Assembly (NCBI GenBank): GCA_944387385.1 | Contig: CALXES010000003.1 | Span: forward strand, 66,399 to 130,398 | Direction: 5' to 3' | Source of the DNA: an uncultured Clostridia bacterium | GTDB taxonomy: Bacteria > Bacillota > Clostridia > TANB77 > CAG-465 | Length of the DNA: 64,000 nucleotides | In this document: positions 1 to 11,006 of the stretch, piece after piece | Layout of the letters: every line of letters starts with the position of its first letter | Position numbering within the stretch: position 1 is the stretch's first letter | Notes under the pieces: model-generated | What the model saw: only the letters and a program-made list of their open reading frames with translations | What the model was told of the DNA's origin: nothing | Databases searched by the model: none | Translations under genes and position numbers: made by a program

Positions 1-665
1 ATAAACTATTATTTATTTCTTCAAATATATTTTCAAAGTCAACTACAATATTTTCAACACTAACTGTAAAAGTTGCAAATATTACATCTTTTTCTGTTCT
101 TAGAGAAAATGTTGTAGTTACATTTCTCTTATTTAAAATTTCAAACTTTCTATACTCATCTTTTGAAGTTTTCTTTCTAGTATATTCTTGGTTTACAATT
201 TCTCTTAAATTATCAAGTTCAAAATCCATATATTTATCACTAAAATATATAACGTCAATATTAAATTTAGCATCGGAAATCTTTTTTTGAACTTCCTTCA
301 TAATATCTTTTACGTACTCAGAATATTTACAAACAGCATCTTTAAAGTCAGAAATACTATTTAACTCTAAATACATTTCAATATGAGAAACATTATTAGG
401 AAAAATCCTAATATTTATATCTTTATTTTTTATTATTATTCTCTTTTCTCCTATATCCCAACCTTGTTTAAAAAGGTCAGTACGATTCTTATTAATGTAC
501 TTTTTAAATATTGATACTATATTTTTTGAACCTATCCATAATCTAATACTTATTGTATCATTTTTTCCGAATAATATACTTTAAAGATTTTTCTTTTGCT
601 ATAATCTCATTATACTCCTTACAAGCATTATTAATTTTAGTTTTTGTTATGCAATAATTTGCCAT
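1..665 (-). pseudogene. hypothetical protein split by a frameshift; 3' end lies beyond the window
   Basis: AAGGAGG SD plus ATG at 665 opens a 35-codon ORF (MANYCITKTK...IIRKK) that stops at 558-560. An ORF in the adjacent frame runs from ~580 to position 1 with no start of its own (..DTISIRLWIGSKNIV..). Deleting one base from the A6 run (T6 on the plus strand, 561-566) joins them. Not in the ORF track because it is open-ended. Confidence 0.4.
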
Positions 666-749
666 AAAAAACGACCTCCTTATTAAAATTAGTTTAATCA
701 ATTAAATTCGTGTATTATTATAACATACATTTTACATAAAATAAATAGT

Positions 750-783
750 TAAATAAATAAAAATAGGAAATTATTCCTATTTT
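750..783 (-). terminator. rho-independent terminator after purB
   Basis: Hairpin AATAGGAA-ATTA-TTCCTATT (762-781), followed on the minus strand by a T-rich run. Confidence 0.6.
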
Positions 784-2134
784 AAAACATATAATCAATT
801 AGTTTAGATGATAGACCAATATATTCTTTAGGATCAAGTTTTAATAGTCTATTTTTATCCTCTTTACTTATTTTTAAAGATAATATAAATTCTCTTATTT
901 CCTCTAGTGTTACTCTTTTACCTCTTGTAAGCTCTTTTAACTTTTCATATGCATCAGTAAAACCATTTTTTCTTAATAATGTCTGTATAGCCTCAGCTAA
1001 TACCTCTGGATTATCATTAATATCTCTATTTAAAATTTCAGTATTAATTTCCATTTTAGAAAAAGCAACAATAGTCTGCTTTATGCTTATTAGTGTATGT
1101 GAAAACATAACTCCTATATTTCTTAAATTAGAAGAATCACTTAAATCTCTTTGCATTCTTGATATTTGAAGATTATTTGTAAAGTTATCTACTATAGTAT
1201 TTGCCATATGAATATTTGCCATTGAATTTTCATGATTTATAGGATTTACTTTATGTGGCATTACAGATGAACCTGTTTCAGTTTTTACTGTCTTTTGATT
1301 AAAATAATTCATAGAAATATACATCCACATATCTAAATTAAAATCTAAAGTTATATTGTTAAATAATTTAATATAGCTAAAAAGTTCACAAATTGTATCA
1401 TGTGATTCTATCTGTGTAACAAGAGGATTATATTCAAAGCCTAAAGTCTCTACAAAGTTTTTAGTAAATTCTATCCAATCTATATCATATGCAATGCAAT
1501 GCGCACTATAATTTCCTACTGCTCCACTAAATTTTCCTTTTAGCTTAATATTTTTTATCTTATTTAAAATACAATTCCATCTATACACAAATACTGCTAA
1601 TTCTTTACCAACAGTTGTAGTAGTAGCAGGTTGTCCGTGAGTATGAGCAAGCATTGGAATTTCTCTTAATTCTCTTGCTTTATTTGAAACATTTAATATA
1701 AGCTCCTCCATGCTTTTAACAATTATATTATTAATACAATCTTTAATCATAAGATTATATGCCAAATTATTTATATCCTCCGAAGTACATGCAAAATGTA
1801 CAAAACTTATATATTTATTGAACTCTGTTTTACTAACTTTCTCTCTAATATAATATTCAATTGCTTTTACATCATGATTAGTAATCTTTTCTATTTCTTT
1901 AACTCTTTTACATTCATCTACGGTAAATTTTTCTACAATCTTATTAAGGTTATCTAACGTACCATTGTAATTAATTATTTTTTCCTCTTTTAGTAAATAT
2001 TTAAACCATTCAATTTCAACTATTACTCTGTATTTTATATATGCATATTCACTAAAATAATTAGAAATATCACAAGTTATATTTTTATACCTTCCATCAA
2101 TTGGTGATATATTTAAAAGTGTTTCTATTTCCAT
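782..2134 (-). CDS. purB: adenylosuccinate lyase
   Basis: 450 aa; fumarate-lyase signature SSVMPHKVNP; N-terminal PIDGRY; AGGAGAG SD; directly downstream of purA. Confidence 0.93.
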   Translation of the reverse strand: MEIETLLNISPIDGRYKNITCDISNYFSEYAYIKYRVIVEIEWFKYLLKEEKIINYNGTLDNLNKIVEKFTVDECKRVKEIEKITNHDVKAIEYYIREKVSKTEFNKYISFVHFACTSEDINNLAYNLMIKDCINNIIVKSMEELILNVSNKARELREIPMLAHTHGQPATTTTVGKELAVFVYRWNCILNKIKNIKLKGKFSGAVGNYSAHCIAYDIDWIEFTKNFVETLGFEYNPLVTQIESHDTICELFSYIKLFNNITLDFNLDMWMYISMNYFNQKTVKTETGSSVMPHKVNPINHENSMANIHMANTIVDNFTNNLQISRMQRDLSDSSNLRNIGVMFSHTLISIKQTIVAFSKMEINTEILNRDINDNPEVLAEAIQTLLRKNGFTDAYEKLKELTRGKRVTLEEIREFILSLKISKEDKNRLLKLDPKEYIGLSSKLIDYMF

Positions 2135-2145
2135 TTTCTTCTCTC

Positions 2146-3491
<1,346 letters not shown>

Positions 3492-3608
3492 ATCTCTTTA
3501 TGTTTGGCAAATGAACAAGTATATTTCAACTTGTAGATAAATCCTAGTTTATTTTTTCTATGTTTTATCCCCATTTGCATATTCTCACCTACTATTTTCT
3601 ACACAAAA

Positions 3609-3637
3609 AGTATATAGTATTTTTTATTTATTGTCAA
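3609..3637 (-). promoter_or_regulatory. sigma-A type promoter for purAB
   Basis: TTGACA (3637-3632), 17-nt spacer, TATACT (3614-3609) on the minus strand, just after the stop of the upstream gene. Confidence 0.5.
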
Positions 3638-3645
3638 GAAAAAAG

Positions 3646-4503
3646 TTAATCTATTTTCTTTAAAGTTGTAACACTTATTTCAGGAGTATTAAAAACTCTA
3701 ATAGGCACAGTAGAATTTCCAATACCTCTACTTATTATCATAACTTTATCTCCTCTTTTTTTCATTCCTGCACCATAAGTTGTAAAATACCAATTTTTCC
3801 ATGGAGTTGCAAAACCTAAGCCAAATAATCTAATACCACCTCCATGAACATGACCTGAAAATGTTAAATCAAAGCCCATTTTTACGTAAGATTTAAAATA
3901 TAATGGATCATGCATAAGCAAAATGTTAAACTTATTATTGTCTAACTTTCCAACTAGCCTTTCATATCCATCTTTATATTCGTTAATTACTTCATTTGTT
4001 AATGTTTTTCTTGAATGCTCTTTACTTGAATTAAATCTTAAACCATAAAGTTCTATTTCATCATCGTTTATTACTAAACTTGTTCTTTCATTGTCTAATA
4101 CAACAATACCTAATTTTTCTAATTCTTTTCTAAAATTAGCAATTCCTGACTCACCTAAAGCAAGTTCATGATTTCCAAGACAAAAATATATTGGTCTTGA
4201 ATTAATTCTTTTAAAAAATTCAAGTGCAGGTTTTATATCTTTATCTTGTCTTATAATAAAATCCCCAGTTGCTACAATGATATCCGCCTTTTGTCTATTT
4301 ATTAATTTAATTAATTTATCATTATCCTTCCCATAAGTAGTACAATGCCAATCAGATAAATGCAATATTTTAAATTCATCAAAACTTCTTGGTATTTTTT
4401 TATTTTTAACTTTATACTTACTTACAAATACCATTTTATAATCTATATAATATACTATAAAAATAAATAATAGTATTAATAACAATATAATAATATATTC
4501 CAT
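3646..4503 (-). CDS. membrane-anchored metallophosphoesterase (calcineurin-like)
   Basis: Motifs HLSDWH, GDFI, GNHE, GHVHGG; N-terminal TM helix. Start placed at ATG 4503 behind GGAGGAATA rather than the track start at 4584. Confidence 0.8.
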   Translation of the reverse strand: MEYIIILLLILLFIFIVYYIDYKMVFVSKYKVKNKKIPRSFDEFKILHLSDWHCTTYGKDNDKLIKLINRQKADIIVATGDFIIRQDKDIKPALEFFKRINSRPIYFCLGNHELALGESGIANFRKELEKLGIVVLDNERTSLVINDDEIELYGLRFNSSKEHSRKTLTNEVINEYKDGYERLVGKLDNNKFNILLMHDPLYFKSYVKMGFDLTFSGHVHGGGIRLFGLGFATPWKNWYFTTYGAGMKKRGDKVMIISRGIGNSTVPIRVFNTPEISVTTLKKID

Positions 4504-4608
4504 TATTCCTCCAATAAATATATTGTGATAATAACATATATCAATAATTTTTTCAATTACTGTATATATTAAATAAATAAACAAACAATAATATTAGGTG
4601 ATTAAAAA

Positions 4609-5034
4609 ATGAAGGATACAGATATTTTAAAAGAAATAAATAAAGCCTCAAAATATGGAATAAATGGTATTAATTTAACATTACAAAAAGCTATAGACAG
4701 TAATTTTAAAAATGTACTATATGCTCAAAAAGATGAATATGAAAATATTTATAACAGAAGTAAAGATTTGCTAATAGAGAAAAATCAAAGCTCTGAAGAT
4801 TTAGATCCTCTTGAAAAAGCGATGTCATGGATGTCTATACAAATGTCTACACTTACAAATGCATCAAATTCAAAGCTTGCAGAAATACTAATTCAGGGAA
4901 ATGATATGGGAATAATAAAAGGTCAAAAATTATTAAATAGTCCTATGTCAAAAGACTCTACAACTCAAAATTTAATTAAAGACTTTATTCATCTACAACA
5001 AGAAAATATAGAAGGATTAAAAAAATATTTATAA
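4609..5034 (+). CDS. hypothetical helical protein (possibly a CotF/ferritin-like four-helix bundle)
   Basis: 141-aa ORF with AGGTGA SD and a downstream terminator. Family guess rests only on a loose pattern (DILKEINKASKY...). Confidence 0.55.
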   Translation: MKDTDILKEINKASKYGINGINLTLQKAIDSNFKNVLYAQKDEYENIYNRSKDLLIEKNQSSEDLDPLEKAMSWMSIQMSTLTNASNSKLAEILIQGNDMGIIKGQKLLNSPMSKDSTTQNLIKDFIHLQQENIEGLKKYL

Positions 5035-5039
5035 CAACA

Positions 5040-5071
5040 AACAGGTGTAAATAATCTTACACCTGTTTTTA
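5040..5071. terminator. bidirectional terminator between convergent genes
   Basis: Hairpin ACAGGTGTA / TACACCTGT (5041-5066) flanked by A-rich and T-rich runs. Confidence 0.65.
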
Positions 5072-5467
5072 TTGCATTAGACTTTTAAAATAAGTTTGGT
5101 CTTCTAAAATTTTTGTTAATATATCTGACTCTTCCTTAGTTGGTATTTCTTGGCCAATTCTAAAGTTTGCAACATCTTCACACTCACACCCTAGTACATT
5201 TGCTAGTTTTTCATCTGTTACATCATCATAAATACTATATATCTCATTAATTTGTTTTACAGTTATTATTCCTTCTGCTTTTCTATATGCTTTATCTTTA
5301 CTCTGTAAATTCATATGAGGATCTTCTTCAAGTAAACTATCGCACTCTGGACAATATCCTCTAAAAGCTCTATATTTATATTTTTTATCATTTGTGTAAA
5401 ACTCAGAATTAAAGGTCTCCATTACTGGTTCAACTTCCATTTTACACTTATTACAATACATCTTCAT
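5069..5467 (-). CDS. YgiT/MqsA-like zinc-ribbon plus HTH protein
   Basis: 132 aa; CNKC...CPEC zinc ribbon at the N-terminus, helix-turn-helix-like C-terminal half (LANVLGCECEDVANFRIGQEIP); GGGAGGA SD. Confidence 0.5.
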   Translation of the reverse strand: MKMYCNKCKMEVEPVMETFNSEFYTNDKKYKYRAFRGYCPECDSLLEEDPHMNLQSKDKAYRKAEGIITVKQINEIYSIYDDVTDEKLANVLGCECEDVANFRIGQEIPTKEESDILTKILEDQTYFKSLMQ

Positions 5468-5595
5468 ATAACATCCTCCCTTTTTTATTTTAGTATTACA
5501 TTATACATTCATTTTTTATCAGTTACAAGTATATATTCAATTTGGTACAAAAAAATAACTAGTATGTAACATTTACAAACTAGTTAAAATTTAAT

Positions 5596-7758
5596 TTATG
5601 CTATTTCTTCTGGTGGAATTAAGCTTAAGTTTACCTTATTTCTTTCAAGATCAATCTTATCTACATAGCATGTAACAATATCACCAACATTTACTACTTC
5701 CATTGGATGCTTAATGTATTCTTTAGTAAGCTTAGATATATGTGCTAGTCCATCATCATGTAGTCCAATATCAATAAAAGCACCAAAATCTACAACATTT
5801 CTAACTGTTCCTTCAAGTCTCATCCCAATTCTTAAGTCTTCTATATTTAGTATATTACTTTTTAGAAGTGGCTTTATAAAATCGTCTCTAAAATCTCTAT
5901 TTGGCTGTTTAAGGCATTTTATAATGTCTTCTAATGTAAATTTATCTATATTATTTTCTAAAGAATATTTTTCCAAATTTAATTCGTCTAATTTTTTATT
6001 TAATTCTTCACTACCTATAGTCTCTAGAGGCATATCAATATCTGAAAATAACTTTAATGTTTTTTCATAGCTTTCTGGATGTATAGGTGTTTTATCCAAT
6101 AAGTTTTTTCCATCAATTATACGCATAAATCCTATTGATTGTTCATATGCTTTAGCTGTTAACACCTTATTTTTAATTAATTCTTCTCTTGAATTTATTT
6201 TACCATTTGTATCTCTATATTTAAGTATTTTATCTATATTAGTTTTAGTTATGCCTGATACATATTTTAAAATTGAAGGACTTGCTGTATTTATATTTAC
6301 TCCAACTAGATTTACTGATTTTTCAACAATAAAGTCAAGTGATTCATTAAGTCTTTTTTGATTTACATCATGTTGATACTGGCCTACACCTATACTTTTG
6401 GGATCAATTTTTACAAGTTCACTTAAAGGATCTTGCAATCTTCTTCCAATACTTATTGCACTTCTTTCTTCAACATGCAAATCCGGAAATTCAGATATAG
6501 CAAGCTTAGAAGCAGAATATACAGAAGCACCTGCTTCACTTACAATTATATATTCAACTTTTTTTCTTTTATATTCACTACAAACTTCGGATACAAGTTT
6601 TTCACTTTCTCTTGATGCAGTACCATTTCCTACAGCAATAACATCTATATTGTAGATATCAATAAGATTTTTAATTATTTTTTTTGATTCTTCCCATTTA
6701 TTTTGTGGATCATGTGGATAAATCTTACTAATATTTAGTACTTTTGAAGTTCTATCTATAACTGCAAGCTTACATCCAGTTCTAAAAGCGGGATCAAAAC
6801 CAAGTATTACTTTATCTTTTATTGGTGGTGTAAGTAATAACTTTTCCAAATTTTTACCAAATACATCTATTGCTCCTTCTTCTGCCTCTTCTTTTAGCTT
6901 GCCTCTAATTTCTCTTTCAATTGAAGGAAATATTAATCTTTTATATGAATCATATATTGCATCTTTTACTATATCTACAACTGGACTTACTTCATTTTTT
7001 ATAATCTTCTTTTCTAAAAAGCTAATAATATGTTCTAGATTAACATCTATAGATACATTAAGTACATTTTCCTTTTCTCCTCTGTTGATGGCAAGTATTC
7101 TATACTCTTTTGCATTTCTTATCTTTTCACTGTAGTCATAATACATTCTATATACTTGTCCCTCATCTTTAGCATTCTTTTTAATTTTAGAATTAATAGT
7201 ACCAAAATTATATATATTATTCCTTATATATTTTCTATAACTTGCATTATCTGAAATCCACTCAGATATAATATATTTTGCACTAGTAATTGCTTCATCA
7301 GCACTCTTTACTTTCTCATTAATATATTTTTCTGCAGTTTTCTTAATATCTATTTTATCTGGAAAAGCCATTATAATTTTAGCTAAAGGTTCAAGTCCAT
7401 TTGCAATAGCTTCTGTTGCTTTTGTTTTCTTTTTTTCTTTATATGGTCTATACAAATCTTCAACTTCAATAAGTTTTGTACACTTCATTATCTCTTCTTT
7501 TAAAATGTCTGTAAGCATTCCCTTTTCATTTATGAGTCTTATTACATCTTCTTTTCTTTTTAAAAGATTTACTTGATATTCATATACCTCATTTATGCTT
7601 CTTATTTGTTCTTCATCAAGTGCTCCTGTCGCCTCTTTTCTATAACGGGCAATAAAAGGTACTGTATTTCCTTCTTCTAGTAATTTTAATGTATTTTCTA
7701 CTTGCTTTTCTTTTACATTTAATTCAATAGCTATTTGTGTAATAATTTCTTTATTCAT
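5596..7758 (-). CDS. tex: Tex-like transcription accessory protein (YqgF plus S1 domains)
   Basis: 720 aa; hallmark N-terminus VPFIARYRKEATG; C-terminal S1 domain (GTVRNVVDFGAFIDIG). Confidence 0.92.
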   Translation of the reverse strand: MNKEIITQIAIELNVKEKQVENTLKLLEEGNTVPFIARYRKEATGALDEEQIRSINEVYEYQVNLLKRKEDVIRLINEKGMLTDILKEEIMKCTKLIEVEDLYRPYKEKKKTKATEAIANGLEPLAKIIMAFPDKIDIKKTAEKYINEKVKSADEAITSAKYIISEWISDNASYRKYIRNNIYNFGTINSKIKKNAKDEGQVYRMYYDYSEKIRNAKEYRILAINRGEKENVLNVSIDVNLEHIISFLEKKIIKNEVSPVVDIVKDAIYDSYKRLIFPSIEREIRGKLKEEAEEGAIDVFGKNLEKLLLTPPIKDKVILGFDPAFRTGCKLAVIDRTSKVLNISKIYPHDPQNKWEESKKIIKNLIDIYNIDVIAVGNGTASRESEKLVSEVCSEYKRKKVEYIIVSEAGASVYSASKLAISEFPDLHVEERSAISIGRRLQDPLSELVKIDPKSIGVGQYQHDVNQKRLNESLDFIVEKSVNLVGVNINTASPSILKYVSGITKTNIDKILKYRDTNGKINSREELIKNKVLTAKAYEQSIGFMRIIDGKNLLDKTPIHPESYEKTLKLFSDIDMPLETIGSEELNKKLDELNLEKYSLENNIDKFTLEDIIKCLKQPNRDFRDDFIKPLLKSNILNIEDLRIGMRLEGTVRNVVDFGAFIDIGLHDDGLAHISKLTKEYIKHPMEVVNVGDIVTCYVDKIDLERNKVNLSLIPPEEIA

Positions 7759-7893
7759 TGTTTTTTCTCCTTAAAATATTAACAACAAGTATTATATCAT
7801 AAATTTGGTAAAATATATTAAGTTACAACATTTATTGACAATAATATAATATCTTAATATAATTAGTATGAAGAAAAAAGAGGTGAAAAAATC

Positions 7894-10341
7894 TTGGGAT
7901 ATGTTGATAGATTCATAAAAAAAATATCTTTAGAAAATACCAAATATAAAGAAAAGAAAACTCTTCTACCAAATCTTAGACCTGGTGACATTATCTGGGC
8001 AAAAAGATATTCAAAAGAAGAAGTTCGAGAAAATATTGATTTAGAACATCAAGAAAGCCCTTTTATAGTTATATACAAAAATGAATTAAATATATCATAT
8101 TGTTTAGAATGTAGCTCAAAAGAAGAAACAAAACAACCAAACATAATAAAATTTAAAAAGAAAGACTATCCTCACATACTATATAAAGATACATATGTAA
8201 AACTAAAATCAGATATTGAGCTTACAAGTTATAGATATATAAGAAAAATGGGAAGTTTAACAGTTAGTGACTTTAACATACTAAAAAAGAACTTATTTTT
8301 GCTAATGACAGATGAAGAAAATGCTAAATTATTTAGTTTTACAAAAAGTAAATTAAACTTCTATTTAGACAGTGGTGATTTTATACGCAAAGATGGTGAT
8401 CATTACCTAGTAGGGTATAAAGAAGGGAATACTCTTTATTCATATAGGGCCATAAAAGATGAATTTAATTCAGATATAACAATAAATAGTATTCCATTTA
8501 AAATACGTTATGATAAAAAGATAAAAATTAGTGCCACTGACACTTATATGCTTTTAGGTATATATCATAAATACAAATCATACTTTAAAAAACAAAAATT
8601 TATTGGTTATCATTTAGCTGATATTGGTGACTTAATACAAGTAAATAATAATTATTATCTTGTATATGGAAAATACAAAGAATATCTAGTTGTTATTCAA
8701 GTATACAAAGATATAAAAGGCCTAACAATAAAAACATATGACATTAGTATTAATAATACAAACTATAAAACTGGATATAATTTTTTCCTTCTATCATCTG
8801 AATATGAATACAATATAATATCAAATATTTTAGAATTTGAAATATGTGAATATACAAATAGACTTAAAGACTTAAATATTACTCCTAATTTAAGCACTGA
8901 AAATATTATTGAAACAAATAATTTATCTAATACTACTTTAAGTACATTACAAAAAGAAATACTAAATCAGTTAAAAGAAATGAACTTTAGCTTTGAAGAA
9001 ATTACTAGAATTATGATTGAACTAAAGGGAATAAAAGAACAACTCAAATTTAGAGAATATTTAATAAAAAACTATGATGAAAAAGATAAAGAAATAGTTA
9101 AAAACGCAGCAAGTTATATAGTATCTGATGGTATTTTTAATAATAAATTATTTCTAAAAGAGGGAGATATTATACTTGCAAAAAGAACAAATGATTCAAA
9201 TATTAAAAATAATATAATAAAGGATTATAAATCTATAGGACCATATGTAATAATTTATGTAGATAGAGAAAAAGAAAAAATATATGCCTTGTCAGGAGCT
9301 TATTCAGTAATTAGAGGGCCAAAGACCTTTTTTAAAATAAAATCAAGTTCTACTGAGCTCCAAGAAGATACAATACATTTAAAAAGTATCATTCCTACTG
9401 AAATAACAAAAGATGATTATATAAAAAAAATTGATGAATTACCAAATGAAGAACTAAACACTTTAAGAAAAAAAGTATATGCGATAATGTATTATAATGA
9501 AGATAATAACTTTTTTAATAAGGAAGTCTTATCATATTATAATTCTCCTTTTGACATTATAAATTATAAAAATAACTACTACTTAATATTTGATGAGGAT
9601 GATAAAAACTTTTATTCATATCAGTTATATGAAACTATATATCCTTATCTTAAAATAAATGATATAGGCTATATGGTAAATTTAAGAAATATAACAAAAA
9701 TACCTAAAGATAAAACTTATGAAGTTGTATATATAATTAAACCCAAACTTTTGGATGTAATAAAAAACAAAAAAAGATGGAAAGACATTAAATTACCTAT
9801 AGTAGAAAAAAATATAGAAACTGCAACACAAGGAGATATAATAAATTATAATAATATATATTATTTAGTTTTTGGTGAATATAAAAATTACCTACAACTA
9901 TATAAATTATATACTAAACAGGAAAATAATTTTGCTTGTTCATTTATAGCTGATAGTAAAACTTTTTATACAAATTTCCAAATATATTTAATTTCTAAAA
10001 ATGCAAATATCACAATTACAGATAATGTTAATCAAGATAAGTTAAATGAAATTAACAATATTAGAAAATCATATAAGAAAGTAAATACTATATATAATAC
10101 ACCTTTAGATTATAAAGATGAACAATCACCAAAACTAAATAAAGAACAATTACAACTAATAGATAAATTAAAAGAATATGACTTTTCCGAGGAAGAAATA
10201 ATAGGATACTTAGTTGCACTAAACAACAAATTTGTAATAGATGAGATTTTAGATTTTATTATAAAAAAAGAACAAACTAACACAATTTCAAAAGGTAAAA
10301 TAGGCAGAAGAATAAGAAGAACTGCACGAAAACAAGAATAA
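7894..10341 (+). CDS. large internally duplicated protein with two MazF/PemK-like modules
   Basis: 815 aa; TTG start behind AAGAGGTG. Two ~395-aa halves each carry GDII(W/L)AKR...P(F/Y)(I/V)(V/I)IY, two GD.I...YYL(V/I) beta-repeats and an L..LKE..FS.EEI helix. Confidence 0.6.
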   Translation: MGYVDRFIKKISLENTKYKEKKTLLPNLRPGDIIWAKRYSKEEVRENIDLEHQESPFIVIYKNELNISYCLECSSKEETKQPNIIKFKKKDYPHILYKDTYVKLKSDIELTSYRYIRKMGSLTVSDFNILKKNLFLLMTDEENAKLFSFTKSKLNFYLDSGDFIRKDGDHYLVGYKEGNTLYSYRAIKDEFNSDITINSIPFKIRYDKKIKISATDTYMLLGIYHKYKSYFKKQKFIGYHLADIGDLIQVNNNYYLVYGKYKEYLVVIQVYKDIKGLTIKTYDISINNTNYKTGYNFFLLSSEYEYNIISNILEFEICEYTNRLKDLNITPNLSTENIIETNNLSNTTLSTLQKEILNQLKEMNFSFEEITRIMIELKGIKEQLKFREYLIKNYDEKDKEIVKNAASYIVSDGIFNNKLFLKEGDIILAKRTNDSNIKNNIIKDYKSIGPYVIIYVDREKEKIYALSGAYSVIRGPKTFFKIKSSSTELQEDTIHLKSIIPTEITKDDYIKKIDELPNEELNTLRKKVYAIMYYNEDNNFFNKEVLSYYNSPFDIINYKNNYYLIFDEDDKNFYSYQLYETIYPYLKINDIGYMVNLRNITKIPKDKTYEVVYIIKPKLLDVIKNKKRWKDIKLPIVEKNIETATQGDIINYNNIYYLVFGEYKNYLQLYKLYTKQENNFACSFIADSKTFYTNFQIYLISKNANITITDNVNQDKLNEINNIRKSYKKVNTIYNTPLDYKDEQSPKLNKEQLQLIDKLKEYDFSEEEIIGYLVALNNKFVIDEILDFIIKKEQTNTISKGKIGRRIRRTARKQE

Positions 10342-10443
10342 TATTATGTAATATGATTGATTTGCCTAAACTCTTATGCTATAATTTTGGTGTATATTTA
10401 TTTTTTCTAAATTAAATATAACTATATTTATGGAGGGATTAAT

Positions 10444-10953
10444 TTGAAAAGTGAACCGATTCAAATCTATGAGGACGTATTAAAAGGCTCTTTACGCCGT
10501 TTTCCTCGAGGTTTTTGGGTAGATGACGAAGGCAAGAATCTTATTGCATCTGCTGAAATTACACGCTACTTAATTGAAAATGTATTAAAATGGAGTGATG
10601 AGAAAGTAAAAAGTGATATTTCGTGTAAAGTATTTTTTAATCACAAGCTAAAAGGTATGCTATGCACTCTTTTTGGAGATAGTGTGTATGCTGCACTAAA
10701 CAATGCATATCCTGGCAAGTACAAAGAATGGGAACTTGCGTGTACACCACGTAACTTTTGGACACTTGAAAATGCCAAAAAAGCAACAATTTGGCTTTTC
10801 AAAGAAAAACTACAATGGAGTGATGATGAGATAAGGCAAAATATCAGCAGGAGGATTTTTGTTGAAAATGGATTAGATACTATGATGCATGTGTTATTTA
10901 AAAACAATGCAAAAGCAGCTATATCCAACGCTTTTCCTGATTTATTCCGGTAA
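10444..10953 (+). CDS. hypothetical protein with an internal two-fold repeat, compositionally foreign
   Basis: 169 aa; TTG start behind GGAGGGA. About 37-40% GC by hand count of 10441-10560 against ~25% in the surroundings. Repeat (KWSDEKVKSDIS / QWSDDEIRQNIS). Confidence 0.6.
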   Translation: MKSEPIQIYEDVLKGSLRRFPRGFWVDDEGKNLIASAEITRYLIENVLKWSDEKVKSDISCKVFFNHKLKGMLCTLFGDSVYAALNNAYPGKYKEWELACTPRNFWTLENAKKATIWLFKEKLQWSDDEIRQNISRRIFVENGLDTMMHVLFKNNAKAAISNAFPDLFR

Positions 10954-10962
10954 AAATTAAAG

Positions 10963-10996
10963 GCAGGTAGATTTAAAAAATCTACCCGCTTTTTTG
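10963..10996 (+). terminator. rho-independent terminator
   Basis: GCAGGTAGA / TCTACCCGC stem (one mismatch) followed by T6. Confidence 0.6.
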
Positions 10997-11006
10997 CAAA
11001 ATAAAT

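Noticed and set aside
5714-7135. Four plus-strand ORFs (5714..6070, 6398..6655, 6433..6615, 6899..7135) inside tex
   Set aside because: All lie antisense within a well-supported 720-aa Tex gene. They have Ser/Phe/Leu-rich shadow-frame composition and no ribosome binding sites.
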